Below are positions 18,858 through 28,882 of a stretch of DNA of 64,000 nt, piece by piece; position 1 is the stretch's first letter, and every line of letters starts with the position of its first letter. Location of the stretch: positions 1 to 64,000 of the forward strand of contig CALJER010000008.1 of assembly GCA_938074535.1 (NCBI GenBank), read 5' to 3'. Source of the stretch: an uncultured archaeon. GTDB taxonomy: Archaea; Hadarchaeota; Hadarchaeia; Hadarchaeales; WYZ-LMO6. The notes under the pieces are model-generated. The model saw only the letters and a list, made by a program, of their open reading frames with translations. It searched no databases and had not been told where the DNA came from. A program made the translations under genes and the position numbers.

Positions 18858-20650
18858 GGTACGTGGGGACGAGGAGGGCCGCTCCCCTGCTCCTGGAGGG
18901 GCTCAGGAGGCTGGAGTACCGGGGGTACGACTCCGCCGGAATGGCCACCCTGGAGGGAAAGCTGTGGGTGAGGAAGGACGCCGGAAAGCTGGAGGAGATA
19001 GAGAGGAAACTGGGGCTCTCCTCCCTTCCCGGGAGGACGGGGATAGGGCACGTCAGGTGGGCCACCCACGGAAGCCCCAGCAGGAGGAATGCCCATCCCC
19101 ACCTGGACGACTCGGGGGAGGTGGCGGTGGTGCACAACGGGATCATCGAGAACTACCTGGAGCTGAGGAGGGTCCTGGAGAGGAAGGGACACAGGTTCGT
19201 CTCGGAAACGGACACGGAGGTTATTCCCCACCTCATCTCCCACTTCCTCAGGAGGGGGGAGGGACTGGAGAGGAGCGTGGAGAGGGCGGTGGGGGAGCTG
19301 AAGGGGAGCCTGGCCGTGGCCGTGCTCTACGCCCGGGAACCAGAGAAGCTCGTAGGGGTGCGCCGCAGCTCCCCCCTGCTGGTGGGGAAGGGGAACGGGG
19401 AGAGCTTCCTGGCCTCCGACATCCCCGCCCTCCTCCCCTTCACCAGGAGGGTGGTGCCCCTCCAGGAGGAGGAGATGGTCGTCCTCACCCCCTCCTCCTT
19501 CTCCCTCAGGCACCTTCCCTCCGGGAGGGCCGTCGCGAGGAAGCCCATGGAGGTCAAATGGACCGCGGAGATGGCGGAAAAGGGTGGATACCCCCACTTC
19601 ACCCTGAAGGAGATCCTGGAGCAGCCCTGGGCGGTGGGGGAGACCCTGAGGGGGGCCGGGGAGGAGGCGGAGAAGCTCTCGCGCTTCCTGCTCAGGGCCG
19701 AGCACCTGTACTTCGTGGGGTGCGGGACCTCCTACCATGCGGCCGTGGTGGGGAAGTACCTGCTCGCCAAGCTGGCAGGACTTCAGGTTGAAGCGGTGGT
19801 GGCCTCCGAGTTCTCGGAGAGCTGCGGCGGGGACGGCAGAACGGCCGTGCTGGCCATCACCCAGTCGGGGGAAACGGCCGACGTGCTGAGGGCGGTGAGA
19901 CATCTCAGGTCTTTGGGGGGGAGGGTGGCCTGTCTCACCAACGTGGTGGGAAGCTCGGTGACCAGGGAGAGCCAGCTGGTGTGCTACATCCGGGCGGGGC
20001 CTGAGGTGAGCGTGGTGGCCACCAAGACCTTCACCTCCCAGGTGGCCTACCTCCTTCTCCTCTCCCTCCGGCTTGGGGAGGAGAGCGGGAGACTGGACAG
20101 AACGGAGAAGAAGGAGCTCCTCTCCTCCCTTCTGGCCTCACCCGGCCTCATGGAGCGCGCCCTGCGTTCCTCCCTGACACGAACGAAGGCTCTGGCCCGG
20201 AAGATGCTGGAGGAGGAGCACCTCTACCTGGTGGGGAGGGGGCTGGGCTATCCCGTGGCCATGGAGGGCGCCCTGAAGGTCAAGGAGATCTCCTACCTGC
20301 ATGCCGAGGCCCTGGCGGGGGGTGAGCTGAAGCACGGCACGCTGGCCCTCCTGGAGAAGGGAACCCCCGTGATAGCGGTGGCCGTGCCCGGGGAAAGCAA
20401 GGGCAGGCTGATGAGCAACCTGGAGGAGATGAGGGCCAGGGGGGCAAGGATGATTGCGGTGGCGGAGGAGAGGGACAGGGAAGTCAGGGAGCACGCCGAC
20501 CTCCTGCTCCCCGTCCCAAGGACCGGGGAGTTCCTCAGCCCCCTCACCTTCATCCTCCCCCTGCAGCTCCTGGCCTACCACCTCTCCGTGGGGCGGAAGC
20601 TGGACCCGGACAGGCCACGCTCCCTGGCCAAGTCCGTGACGGTGGAATGA
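18842..20650 (+). CDS. glmS: Glutamine-fructose-6-phosphate transaminase (isomerizing)
   Basis: MCGIIG, LEYRGYDSAG, RWATHG, SGETAD, ELKHG, C-terminal LAKSVTVE. Confidence 0.97.
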   Translation: MCGIIGYVGTRRAAPLLLEGLRRLEYRGYDSAGMATLEGKLWVRKDAGKLEEIERKLGLSSLPGRTGIGHVRWATHGSPSRRNAHPHLDDSGEVAVVHNGIIENYLELRRVLERKGHRFVSETDTEVIPHLISHFLRRGEGLERSVERAVGELKGSLAVAVLYAREPEKLVGVRRSSPLLVGKGNGESFLASDIPALLPFTRRVVPLQEEEMVVLTPSSFSLRHLPSGRAVARKPMEVKWTAEMAEKGGYPHFTLKEILEQPWAVGETLRGAGEEAEKLSRFLLRAEHLYFVGCGTSYHAAVVGKYLLAKLAGLQVEAVVASEFSESCGGDGRTAVLAITQSGETADVLRAVRHLRSLGGRVACLTNVVGSSVTRESQLVCYIRAGPEVSVVATKTFTSQVAYLLLLSLRLGEESGRLDRTEKKELLSSLLASPGLMERALRSSLTRTKALARKMLEEEHLYLVGRGLGYPVAMEGALKVKEISYLHAEALAGGELKHGTLALLEKGTPVIAVAVPGESKGRLMSNLEEMRARGARMIAVAEERDREVREHADLLLPVPRTGEFLSPLTFILPLQLLAYHLSVGRKLDPDRPRSLAKSVTVE

Positions 20651-21082
20651 GGCTCGGGGGAGCAATGCCCTCCGGGTGACGTTGACCATGATCTCGTGCG
20701 CCCCCGCCCTCAGCCCCACGTCCCTTCGGTCCCTCACTTCCGCGCTGAGCTGCTCGCAGTTGCTGCCCCTCGGGGCCGTCCAGCGCCACGTCACCTACAC
20801 CAAGTGTGAAGGGAGATGCCGATACCAAGCTCCTCCCTCAGCCTCCCGAACTCGAGAGAGGTTCTGAGGGCCCGCGGCAGGCCCAGACACTACCCGGACG
20901 AGCGCTTTCCCTCCTCACGGTGGGGAGGAGAGGAGGGAAGCACGCAATCTGACGCTGGCTCGGAGGGCAAAGGAGATGAACCGCAGAATCTCGGAGAGAG
21001 AGGCCAAGCTCAAGCGGAGGAGGTAGGAACTTCGCCCGGGCTGTGACACCCAAGTAAAAAAAAAGAGGAAAAGAAAATTAAT

Positions 21083-22078
21083 ATGGTGAAGGGCCTCATC
21101 CTGGCCGGGGGTTTTGCCACCCGCCTTGGCACCATCGGAGAGGTCTTCCCCAAGGCCATGCTGATGGTCGAGGGGGACACCCTCGTGGGGCATCTCCTCT
21201 CCAAGCTGGAAAAGATGGGGATAGAGACGGTGATCACCACCAACAGGCGCTTTGCAGACTTCTTCCGTCCCTACCCTAACGTCCTGGTGGAGGGTGCCAC
21301 CAGGGAGGAGGAGAAGCTGGGGGCCGTGACGGCCATAGCCAACGCCGTGAGGGAGAGGGGGATCGAAGAGGACCTGCTGGTGGTATGCGCCGACAACTAC
21401 TTCTCCTCCGACCTGAGGGGCTTCGTCTCCTCCTACCAGGGGGATCCCACCGTGGGAATCTACTACGCCGGAGGGGATCCCGGGATGCGCCTCCAGGAGA
21501 TGGCCACGGTGAAGTTCTGCGGAAGCGAGCTTTACCCCCCTCCCGCCCGGAACTTCTGCCTGGAGGAGTTCAGGGAGAAGGTGGACCCTCCCCTCAGCCC
21601 CTACGTGAGCACGGGACTCTACCTCTTCCCCCCCAGGATCTTTCCTGTGCTGCTGGAGTACTCCGCCGAGAAGAAAAGGGATGCCCCGGGGTTCTTCATC
21701 CAGCACCTCATGGAGAGGGGAATTGCGGTGAGGGGATACCTGCTGGAGGGGGAGTGGTTCGACGCCTCCTACCAGAACTACCTGCTGATGTTCAAAGACT
21801 CCAAACTGGTCAGGAAGGATGAGGACGTGATCCAGTTCCGGAGGGAGAGCGGGGACACGGTGATGCTGCTCTCCTTCCTGAGGAAGGGGGGGATGTACCA
21901 CGTGTCCAGGGGGGAGAGGCTCCTCTTCTTCATAGAGGGCGGGGTGGAGATGAAGATGGGGATGAAGAGGACGAGGGTGAGGGGAAAAGAGGTGGTGGAG
22001 GTTCCCCCGGGGGAAGAGATCAGCCTTCTGAACGCCACCCATCCCTATTCGGTCTTCCTTTCCCTTAAAATCGGGTAG
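21083..22078 (+). CDS. Sugar-phosphate nucleotidyltransferase with C-terminal cupin-like domain
   Basis: ILAGGFATRL...PK, DLLVVCADN, FREK, GEWFDA. Beta-rich C-terminus ...VEVPPGEEISLLN. Confidence 0.8.
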   Translation: MVKGLILAGGFATRLGTIGEVFPKAMLMVEGDTLVGHLLSKLEKMGIETVITTNRRFADFFRPYPNVLVEGATREEEKLGAVTAIANAVRERGIEEDLLVVCADNYFSSDLRGFVSSYQGDPTVGIYYAGGDPGMRLQEMATVKFCGSELYPPPARNFCLEEFREKVDPPLSPYVSTGLYLFPPRIFPVLLEYSAEKKRDAPGFFIQHLMERGIAVRGYLLEGEWFDASYQNYLLMFKDSKLVRKDEDVIQFRRESGDTVMLLSFLRKGGMYHVSRGERLLFFIEGGVEMKMGMKRTRVRGKEVVEVPPGEEISLLNATHPYSVFLSLKIG

Positions 22079-22179
22079 AGCGCGAAGGGATGCCGGTGAA
22101 ATTCTAACCTGGGACCAGGGAAACCTCCCAGGCAAAAACCGATATATGGCCTGCCGCGGGATGTTAGGGCGGTGGTTCC

Positions 22180-23193
22180 CTGCCTTGCATACTGGTCTGC
22201 GGAGGACAATGGGGTGACGAGGGAAAGGGCAAAATCGTGGCCTACCTTTCCCTCAAGTACAGGCCCCATGTGGTGGCCAGGGCAGGCGTGGGGCCCAACG
22301 CCGGCCACACGGTGCACTTCGGCGGGAAAAAGTTCGGGCTGCGGCAGGTCCCCTGCGGCTTCGTTTATCAGGGGGCCAGGCTCCTGATAGGGCCGGGCGT
22401 CCTGGTCAACCCCGAGATTCTCCTGAAGGAAGCGGGGGAGACGGGGACCAAGAACAGGCTGGGGGTGGACAGGAGGTGCGCCGTCATCGAACCCCGCCAC
22501 GTGGAGAGGGACAGGACCTCCGAGCACCTCAGCAGGAAGATAGGGACCACCGGGAGCGGCTGCGGGCCCGCCAACGTGGACAGGGTGAACAGGGTGGCCA
22601 GGCTGGCGGAGGAGGTGGAGGAGCTGCGGCCCTTCCTCGCCGACGTCCCACTGGAGGTGAACGAGGCCCTGGAGGAGGGAAGGCTGGTGCTCATAGAGGG
22701 AAGCCAGGGCTTCGGGCTCTCCCTCGTCCACGGCACCTACCCCTACGTCACCAGCAAGGACACCTGCGCCGGGACGATGCTGGCGGACGTGGGCGTGGGA
22801 CCCACGAAGGTTTCCGAGGTCCTGCTGGTGTTCAAGGCCTACGCCACCAGGGTGGGCGAGGGAACCTTCCCCACCGAGATGCCGGAGGAGGAGGCGGAGA
22901 GGCTGGGGATAGTGGAGTACGGGACGGTCACGGGAAGGAGGAGGAGGATAGGCCACTTCGACTTCGAGATGGCCAGGAGGGCGGCCATGGTCAACGGGGC
23001 CACCCAGATAGCCATCACCTGTCTGGACAAGCTCTTCAAGGAGTGCGCCGGGGCCAGGAAAATGGAGCAGCTGACGGAAGAAGCCAGGAGGTTCGTGAGG
23101 AGGGTGGAGGAGGCCACGGGCGTGCCCGTAACTCTTCTTTCCACGGGGGAGGGTGTGGAGGAAATCATCGATCTCACCCGGGGAAGACTTTGA
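22180..23193 (+). CDS. purA: Adenylosuccinate synthetase (short archaeal type), apparent CTG start
   Basis: The in-frame extension upstream of the track ORF reads (CTG)[17 protein letters not shown]. Also [29 protein letters not shown]. Confidence 0.95.
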   Translation: MPCILVCGGQWGDEGKGKIVAYLSLKYRPHVVARAGVGPNAGHTVHFGGKKFGLRQVPCGFVYQGARLLIGPGVLVNPEILLKEAGETGTKNRLGVDRRCAVIEPRHVERDRTSEHLSRKIGTTGSGCGPANVDRVNRVARLAEEVEELRPFLADVPLEVNEALEEGRLVLIEGSQGFGLSLVHGTYPYVTSKDTCAGTMLADVGVGPTKVSEVLLVFKAYATRVGEGTFPTEMPEEEAERLGIVEYGTVTGRRRRIGHFDFEMARRAAMVNGATQIAITCLDKLFKECAGARKMEQLTEEARRFVRRVEEATGVPVTLLSTGEGVEEIIDLTRGRL

Positions 23194-23849
23194 GGAGGCT
23201 GGTGATAGCGGTCACGGGCACCCCCGGAACGGGAAAATCCCGCTTCTCCTCCGAGCTCTCCAGAAGGCTGGGGGCCGGGCTGGTGAGGCTGAACGAGCTG
23301 GTGGAGAGGGAGAAAGCCTACGTCCTGGATGAGGATGGCGAGAAGGTGGTGAAGCTGGGGGAGATGATCAGGGCGGTGGGAAGGGTCCTCAGGGAGACGA
23401 AGGGGCCCGTGGTGGTGGAGGGGCACCTCTCCCACCTCCTCCCCACCAGATATCTCTCCCACGTGGTGGTGCTGAGGACCCATCCGAGGGTGCTGGAGAG
23501 GAGGCTGAGGAGGAGGGGGTACCCGGAGGAGAAGGTGCGTGACAACGCGGAGGCGGAGGCCCTGGACCTCATCCTCTGGGAGGCGGTGCAGAGGCACGGA
23601 AAAAAGGTGTACGAAATTGACACGAGCGGGAGGAGAAACACCGTCTCCCTCTTCCTGGAGGCCCTGGAGGAGGGCGTCAAGCTGCCCCCGGGAGGAGTGA
23701 GGTGGCTGGAAGAGTACGTGAATCTGTGGGAGACCAGGCGCTGGAAGCCGAGGGACGGTGGAGGCGGCATCCTCGCAGTCCCCGCAGAGCGGAAGCTCAG
23801 AGACGCTGCACCTAAAGTTGAAAACACGAAAGCAAAGGGCCCGCCGTAA
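23190..23849 (+). CDS. Adenylate kinase (AK6/Fap7-like)
   Basis: TTG start overlapping the purA stop; [34 protein letters not shown]. The C-terminal ~40 aa look atypical. Confidence 0.88.
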   Translation: MRRLVIAVTGTPGTGKSRFSSELSRRLGAGLVRLNELVEREKAYVLDEDGEKVVKLGEMIRAVGRVLRETKGPVVVEGHLSHLLPTRYLSHVVVLRTHPRVLERRLRRRGYPEEKVRDNAEAEALDLILWEAVQRHGKKVYEIDTSGRRNTVSLFLEALEEGVKLPPGGVRWLEEYVNLWETRRWKPRDGGGGILAVPAERKLRDAAPKVENTKAKGPP

Positions 23850-23850
23850 A

Positions 23851-24764
23851 ATGAAGAAAATCCTTGCTTCGGCAGTAGCGGTGCTGGTCGCGTCTGTTCT
23901 GGCGGCGGGTCTCATCCACCTGAGCAAAAAAAAACCCGCCGAGGAGCTGCTGGGGCTGGGGAACCTCTACAACATGTGCGGCAACCATCCCCTCTGGCGC
24001 CAGTTCCTCATGGACAGGATAGCGGGGCAGGCGCGGGGAGAGGTGGATGGAACCTCCTCGGCGGACCAGGGGACCCCGGGGACTGCTCCTGCGACTACTG
24101 CATGCAAGCCTTCAACCGTTGCCTAGCCTAACACTCCTCGCCGGAGGAACTGCGGCGGCTCTGCACTCCGCGCTGGTAAACAACTTCACCTGGCTCAGCT
24201 GGAACGCCCGTAACAGCTTCGAGAACATGGGCGTCACGCTCCAGGAGGCCCATATCCCGTTTGAGGTCGCCTGCAAGGGCGACGTGGTCTTAAACCGCTC
24301 ACGCCGGAGGAACTGCGGAAGTACCGGGTCGTGGTGGTGCCCAAAGATTACGACCTCGGGCTGGAAACCCCGAACCTGCTGCAGCAGCACTCCGCCGCCG
24401 GGGGCTTCGTCCTGAAGCGAGACGACTTCGATGATTCCCAGCTCATACCCGCCCTGGGGGGTTCGGGATCGACCTCGGGCTGGGAACGCTCCGGGGGACC
24501 TCTCACTGATGGCCCACCGCGGGAATGGCTCATCCCGCTGCACATGCTCAACTACAGGTACGACAGGGGAGCAAGCGGCTTCTCGGACCTAACCGGAGTG
24601 GAGGTGACACTGACCGTCCCGGAGGGTCTCACCCTGGAGGGAAGAGTGCTGAAGGTTCTCAGCCCGGAGGGAGGGAGCACCGCTCTGGACTTCGAGGTGC
24701 GTGGGGGGAGGTCGCGTTCGCCCTCCCCAGCCTCCACCGTTACTCCCTCGCAGCGTTCGAGTGA
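23851..24764 (+). pseudogene. Fragmented gene for a secreted/membrane-anchored glycoside-hydrolase-like protein
   Basis: Signal-anchor MKKILASAVAVLVASVLAAG, then coherent fragments in different frames: YNMCGNHPLWRQFLMDRI..VDG; LQEAHIPFEV; EELRKYRVVVVPKD; LHMLNYRYD..LKVLSPEG; VAFALPSLHRYS. Confidence 0.55.
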
Positions 24765-24785
24765 GAAGCGGCCCGACACACCGGG

Positions 24786-25739
24786 TCAGCTCAACTCCCA
24801 CTTGACCTTTTCTCCCTCCTCCACCCTCCTCACCCTCCCCCCCTCCTCCAGGTACCTCAGATGGGCCAGGGTCTCACCGGTAGCAAACCATCTCTGAATG
24901 GGGGGGAACCTCTCCCAGGGATCCTCGAAATCCCAGGTCATACCGGAGGCCAGCTCGTAGGCGGTTTTTCTTCCCCCCTCGAGCAGGGAGAGGACCTCCT
25001 CCGCCCTCAGGTGGTGGTGGAGCTTGAGCTCCTCCACCCTGCCCCTGAGATCCCGGAAGGGCCTCCGGTGGCCGGGGAGAACGAGATCCACTTCCATGGA
25101 AGCCACCCTCTCCAGGCTCTTCAGGTAGTCCCCCAGCGGGTTCTCCTCCTCAGAGAGGGGGGTGATGTTGGGGGTGATGTCCCCCAGCACATGGTCCCCA
25201 GAAAGGAGGAGCTTTTGATGGGGCTCGTAGAGGCAGAGATGCCCCCTCGTGTGGCCCGGAGTTGAGACGCAGACGAAGGAGAACTCCCCCACCTCTATCC
25301 TGCTTCCCTCGCCCACGAAGGTGAAGGTGGGAAGGGCGCTGGGCCCGTACAGACGCCCCGGATGGGTCTCCAGCATCCTGAGGAGCTCCTCTTCTGGGAT
25401 GCCTGCGAGGAGAATCAATCCCCCCACTCCCTCCCAGGAAGCGAGGAGCTCTGATTCCGGCCTGTTGAAGTAAACGCGTGAATCCCCTGAGGCAAGGAAG
25501 GAGACCAGCCCCAGGTGGTCGGCGTGGAGGTGGGTGATGAAGAAATCCGTCTTCTGCGGATCCACCCCCAGCTCCCTCAGGGCCCGAAGAAGGACCGAGG
25601 CGCACTCCTCACGGTTCATCCCCGTATCCACCACAAGATCCCTTTCCTCACCCTTCACCACGTAGGAGTTCACCGACTTCAGGGGGCTGCGGGGCAGGGG
25701 GACCTCCACCCGGTGGAGGCCCGGCAGGACCTCCTCCAT
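24786..25739 (-). CDS. MBL-fold metallo-hydrolase with C-terminal winged helix
   Basis: VDTG, THLHADHLG, PGHTRGH, SGDHVL, LPGH, ETLAHLRYL. Confidence 0.9.
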   Translation of the reverse strand: MEEVLPGLHRVEVPLPRSPLKSVNSYVVKGEERDLVVDTGMNREECASVLLRALRELGVDPQKTDFFITHLHADHLGLVSFLASGDSRVYFNRPESELLASWEGVGGLILLAGIPEEELLRMLETHPGRLYGPSALPTFTFVGEGSRIEVGEFSFVCVSTPGHTRGHLCLYEPHQKLLLSGDHVLGDITPNITPLSEEENPLGDYLKSLERVASMEVDLVLPGHRRPFRDLRGRVEELKLHHHLRAEEVLSLLEGGRKTAYELASGMTWDFEDPWERFPPIQRWFATGETLAHLRYLEEGGRVRRVEEGEKVKWELS

Positions 25740-25908
25740 CCCCCCACCTAACCCTGGGGGTATTTATGCCGAACCGTCTGGGAAGAAGTCGGGGCGAATT
25801 TTAGAGAAAACCCGGAAAACTTTTTCCTTTTCCGCCAAACACCCTTTAACCTCCTCCTTTCCCACCACCCCATACCTTTATAAAGAGCCTTCCCTTTTTC
25901 TTTTTTTG

Positions 25909-26769
25909 ATGTGGATTCTTAGAACCACCCTGCTCCTGGGAGCCATGACCGGGCTCCTGCTGGTGGTGGGGCTGGGGCTGGCCTACGTGGCCGGTCTTCC
26001 CTTCCTCCCCACCCTCACGGCAGCCTTCGTGCTGGCCATGGTGATGAACCTGGTGATGTTCTTCTACGCCGACAAGTGGGTGCTGCGGATGTACAGGGCG
26101 AAACTGGTGAGCGAGGAGGAGCAGCCCACCCTCCACCGCCTCGTTTCCAGGCTGGCGGAGAGGGCGGGAATCCGAAAACCGAGGGTGGCGGTGGTTCCCA
26201 TGGACGTCCCCAACGCCTTCGCCACCGGAAGGAACGACAGGAACGCGGTGGTGGCCGTGACCAGGGGGGCCATGGAGGTGCTGAAGGAGGAGGAGCTGGA
26301 GGGGGTGATAGGGCACGAGCTGGCCCACATCAAGAACCGGGACATGCTGGTGAGCACCCTGGCCGCCATCGTGGCCGGTGCCATCTCCTACCTGGCGCTG
26401 GTGGGGAGGATGCAGCTCTTCTTTGGAGGCGGCGACAGGAGGAGCGGGGGAAGCACCCTTCTTCTCCTGCTGGCCCTCATCCTCGTGCCCCTGGCCGCCG
26501 TGATGATAAGGCTGGCCGTGTCCAGGACCAGGGAATACGGGGCGGACGAGGAGGGGGCCAGGATCTCGGGCAAGCCCCTGGCCCTGGCGGCGGCCCTCAG
26601 GAGGCTGGAGGAGTACTCCCGCTCGGAGAGGATGGTGCAGGGGAATCCCTCCACCTCGAACCTCTTCATCGTCAACCCCTTCAGGGGAAGCCACCTGCTG
26701 GAGCTTTTCTCCACCCACCCCTCCACCGACAAGAGGATCCAGAGGCTGGAGGCCCTGGCAAGGGCGTGA
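25909..26769 (+). CDS. htpX: Zinc metalloprotease HtpX
   Basis: PNAFATG, GHELAH, SRTREYGAD, FSTHP. TATA-like CTTTATAAAG about 25 nt upstream. Confidence 0.95.
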   Translation: MWILRTTLLLGAMTGLLLVVGLGLAYVAGLPFLPTLTAAFVLAMVMNLVMFFYADKWVLRMYRAKLVSEEEQPTLHRLVSRLAERAGIRKPRVAVVPMDVPNAFATGRNDRNAVVAVTRGAMEVLKEEELEGVIGHELAHIKNRDMLVSTLAAIVAGAISYLALVGRMQLFFGGGDRRSGGSTLLLLLALILVPLAAVMIRLAVSRTREYGADEEGARISGKPLALAAALRRLEEYSRSERMVQGNPSTSNLFIVNPFRGSHLLELFSTHPSTDKRIQRLEALARA

Positions 26770-26775
26770 GCGGGC

Positions 26776-26934
26776 TCAGAACATCAGGTGGAGGAAAACC
26801 ACGAGCAGGATGGAGGCCAGGGAGAAGCCCACCACCGTCCTCGGGGAGACCTTTATCCCCTCACCCTCCTCCGAGAAGTACCTCATCAGACCGGCACCGC
26901 TGGGGGGCAGCCTTTCCTCCCTCCTGCGCATCAT
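26776..26934 (-). CDS. secG: Preprotein translocase subunit Sec61beta
   Basis: LPPSGAGLMRYFSEEGEGIKVSP followed by one TM helix; typical archaeal Sec61beta. Confidence 0.88.
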   Translation of the reverse strand: MMRRREERLPPSGAGLMRYFSEEGEGIKVSPRTVVGFSLASILLVVFLHLMF

Positions 26935-26985
26935 CCCTCTCCTCTTCCCGCACCTTTTAACCCTTCCGGGAGGAATAGCAGTAAC

Positions 26986-28371
26986 ATGGTGAAGAGGTAC
27001 CTGCCGGACGAAACCGTGCTGCTCAACGGAATGCTGAAAAGGAGGGTGGAGGAGGAAGGGGACTGCGAGGTGGTGGTGCCCAATCTCCTGCTGGCCCACC
27101 TCGAGGCCCAGGCCAGGGAGGGAAAGGACTCCGGACTGGTGGGGCTGGCCGAACTCTCCCACCTGAAGAAGCTCTCCGAGGAGGGCAGGATCAAGCTCAG
27201 CTTCTGGGGGGAGCGGGAGCTCCGCGAGGAGGGCAGCCTGAGCCGCCTGCTCAGGGAGGCCGCCGGAGAGTCGGATTCCGTCCTCCTCACCAGCGACCAG
27301 GTCACGGCGGAGCTGGCGAGGATCGAGGGACTGAGGGTGGAGCTCCTCTCACCGCCTCCGGAGGAGAGGAAGCCCAGACTCCTGGAGTACTTCGGTCCCG
27401 ACACCATGTCCGTGCACCTGAAGGCGAAGGTGAGACCCCTGGCCAAGGTGGGGAGACCCGGGAAGCTGAGGGTGCAGTACGCCGGGGAACATCCCCTGAG
27501 CGAGAGGGAGCTGAGGGAGATGGTCCACGAGATCGTGGAGCTGGCCAAGCGCGATCCCGAATGCTTCGTGGAGATAGAGAGGAAGGGCGCCACGGTAATC
27601 CAGTACAGGGAGTACAGGATAGCCATAGCCCGGCCGCCCTTCAGCGACGGCCTGGAGATCACGGCCGTGAGGCCCGTGGCCAAGGTGAGGCTGGAGGACT
27701 ACAGGCTCTCGAACAAGCTGAAGGAGAGGCTGAAGGGCAGCGCGGAGGGGATCCTCATCGCCGGCCCTCCCGGCGCGGGCAAGAGCACCTTCGCCCAGGC
27801 CCTGGCGGAGTTCTACCGTTCCTCCCACAAAATCGTGAAGACCATGGAATCACCCAGGGACCTGCAGGTGGGGGACGAGATCACGCAGTACACCTCCCTG
27901 GAGGGGGACATGGAGAAGACCGCCGACATCCTCCTGCTGGTGAGGCCGGACTACACCATCTACGACGAGCTGAGGAAGACCTCCGACTTCCAGATCTTCA
28001 CCGACATGAGGCTGGCCGGGGTGGGGATGGTGGGAGTGGTGCACTCCACCAGGGCCATCGATGCCGTCCAGCGCCTCATCGGGAGGGTGGAGCTGGGCAT
28101 GATCCCCATGATCGTGGACACCGTCATCTTCATCAAGGAGGGAGAAATCTCGCAGGTCTACTCCCTCAGGTCCTCCATCAAGGTCCCCTCCGGGATGAGG
28201 GACGAGGACCTGGCCAGGCCCCTGGTGGAGGTGCTGGACTTCGAGACCGGGGAGCCTGTCTACGAGATTTACACCTTCGGGGAGCAGGTGGTGGTCAGCG
28301 ATCTGAGGGAGCTGCGGCAGCAGGGGAGGGAGGCCCCTCCCTTCAGGTACTCCCGCAGGAGGTGGAGGTAG
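26986..28371 (+). CDS. PIN-domain ATPase (PINA / MJ1533-like)
   Basis: N-terminal PIN-like domain, MSVHLK, PPFSDGLEITAVRP, GPPGAGKSTF, MESPRDL, DMRLAGVGMVGVVH. Confidence 0.9.
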   Translation: MVKRYLPDETVLLNGMLKRRVEEEGDCEVVVPNLLLAHLEAQAREGKDSGLVGLAELSHLKKLSEEGRIKLSFWGERELREEGSLSRLLREAAGESDSVLLTSDQVTAELARIEGLRVELLSPPPEERKPRLLEYFGPDTMSVHLKAKVRPLAKVGRPGKLRVQYAGEHPLSERELREMVHEIVELAKRDPECFVEIERKGATVIQYREYRIAIARPPFSDGLEITAVRPVAKVRLEDYRLSNKLKERLKGSAEGILIAGPPGAGKSTFAQALAEFYRSSHKIVKTMESPRDLQVGDEITQYTSLEGDMEKTADILLLVRPDYTIYDELRKTSDFQIFTDMRLAGVGMVGVVHSTRAIDAVQRLIGRVELGMIPMIVDTVIFIKEGEISQVYSLRSSIKVPSGMRDEDLARPLVEVLDFETGEPVYEIYTFGEQVVVSDLRELRQQGREAPPFRYSRRRWR

Positions 28372-28882
28372 ATCCGGCCCCTCCCTGGAGGAACCTCCTC
28401 TGGACCTCCAGCACCTCCTCGCTGTTCCTCGCACGGGCATATCCCTCCAGCCGCTCCAGGTTCAGGTCGAAGAAGGAGGGCCCCCACTTGAAGGGCCTCA
28501 GCATCTCCTCCGCCTCCTCCCTGTGCCCCAGGATGAAGAGGGCCGCCGACAGGGCCTCGGCCGTGCTGAGGGTGGTGGGCCTCCCGTAGTGGGTGGGGTT
28601 GGCGGCCACCAGATAGGGAAGGATCCTGGGCACCAGCCCCCTCGGGGGGACCTGCTCGCAGAGGTGCTTCCAGGAGCAGTCCAGGGCCGCCAGCCCCCTT
28701 CTCTCCGCGATCCCCCTGTCCTCCGGGGAGAGGGCTTTCCCGGCCCTCGGATCCAGCAGGACCGCACCCCGCGGCAGGTGGCTGAAGCGGAAAACCATCT
28801 CCACCTTGCCCAGCCTGCGCAGGCGCAGGGCGGTGCACCTCCTGGGATCGCACTCCCCCGCACCGTAGACCACTATCCTCAG
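28343..28882 (-). CDS. tsr3: rRNA aminocarboxypropyltransferase Tsr3 (DUF367)
   Basis: ECDPRRCTA, LDCSW, LPYLVAANPTHYGRP..LSTAEA, FKWG. Start is CTG 28882 (overlapping the upstream TGA) or GTG 28873. Confidence 0.92.
   Translation of the reverse strand: MRIVVYGAGECDPRRCTALRLRRLGKVEMVFRFSHLPRGAVLLDPRAGKALSPEDRGIAERRGLAALDCSWKHLCEQVPPRGLVPRILPYLVAANPTHYGRPTTLSTAEALSAALFILGHREEAEEMLRPFKWGPSFFDLNLERLEGYARARNSEEVLEVQRRFLQGGAGSTSTSCGST

Noticed and set aside
16973-19903. 976-aa antisense ORF, and similar long shadow ORFs (159-1181, 36938-38935, 47219-49264, 57511-59499)
   Set aside because: They lie opposite or out of frame with clearly conserved genes. Their S/P/L- or G-rich low-complexity composition is the expected artefact of high GC and biased codon usage.
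20651-21082. RNase P RNA, SRP RNA or glmS ribozyme
   Set aside because: I could not find the RNase P P4 signatures (GAGGAA.GUCC and ACAGAA) or the SRP helix 8 motif on either strand. The region is downstream of glmS, whereas the ribozyme lies upstream.
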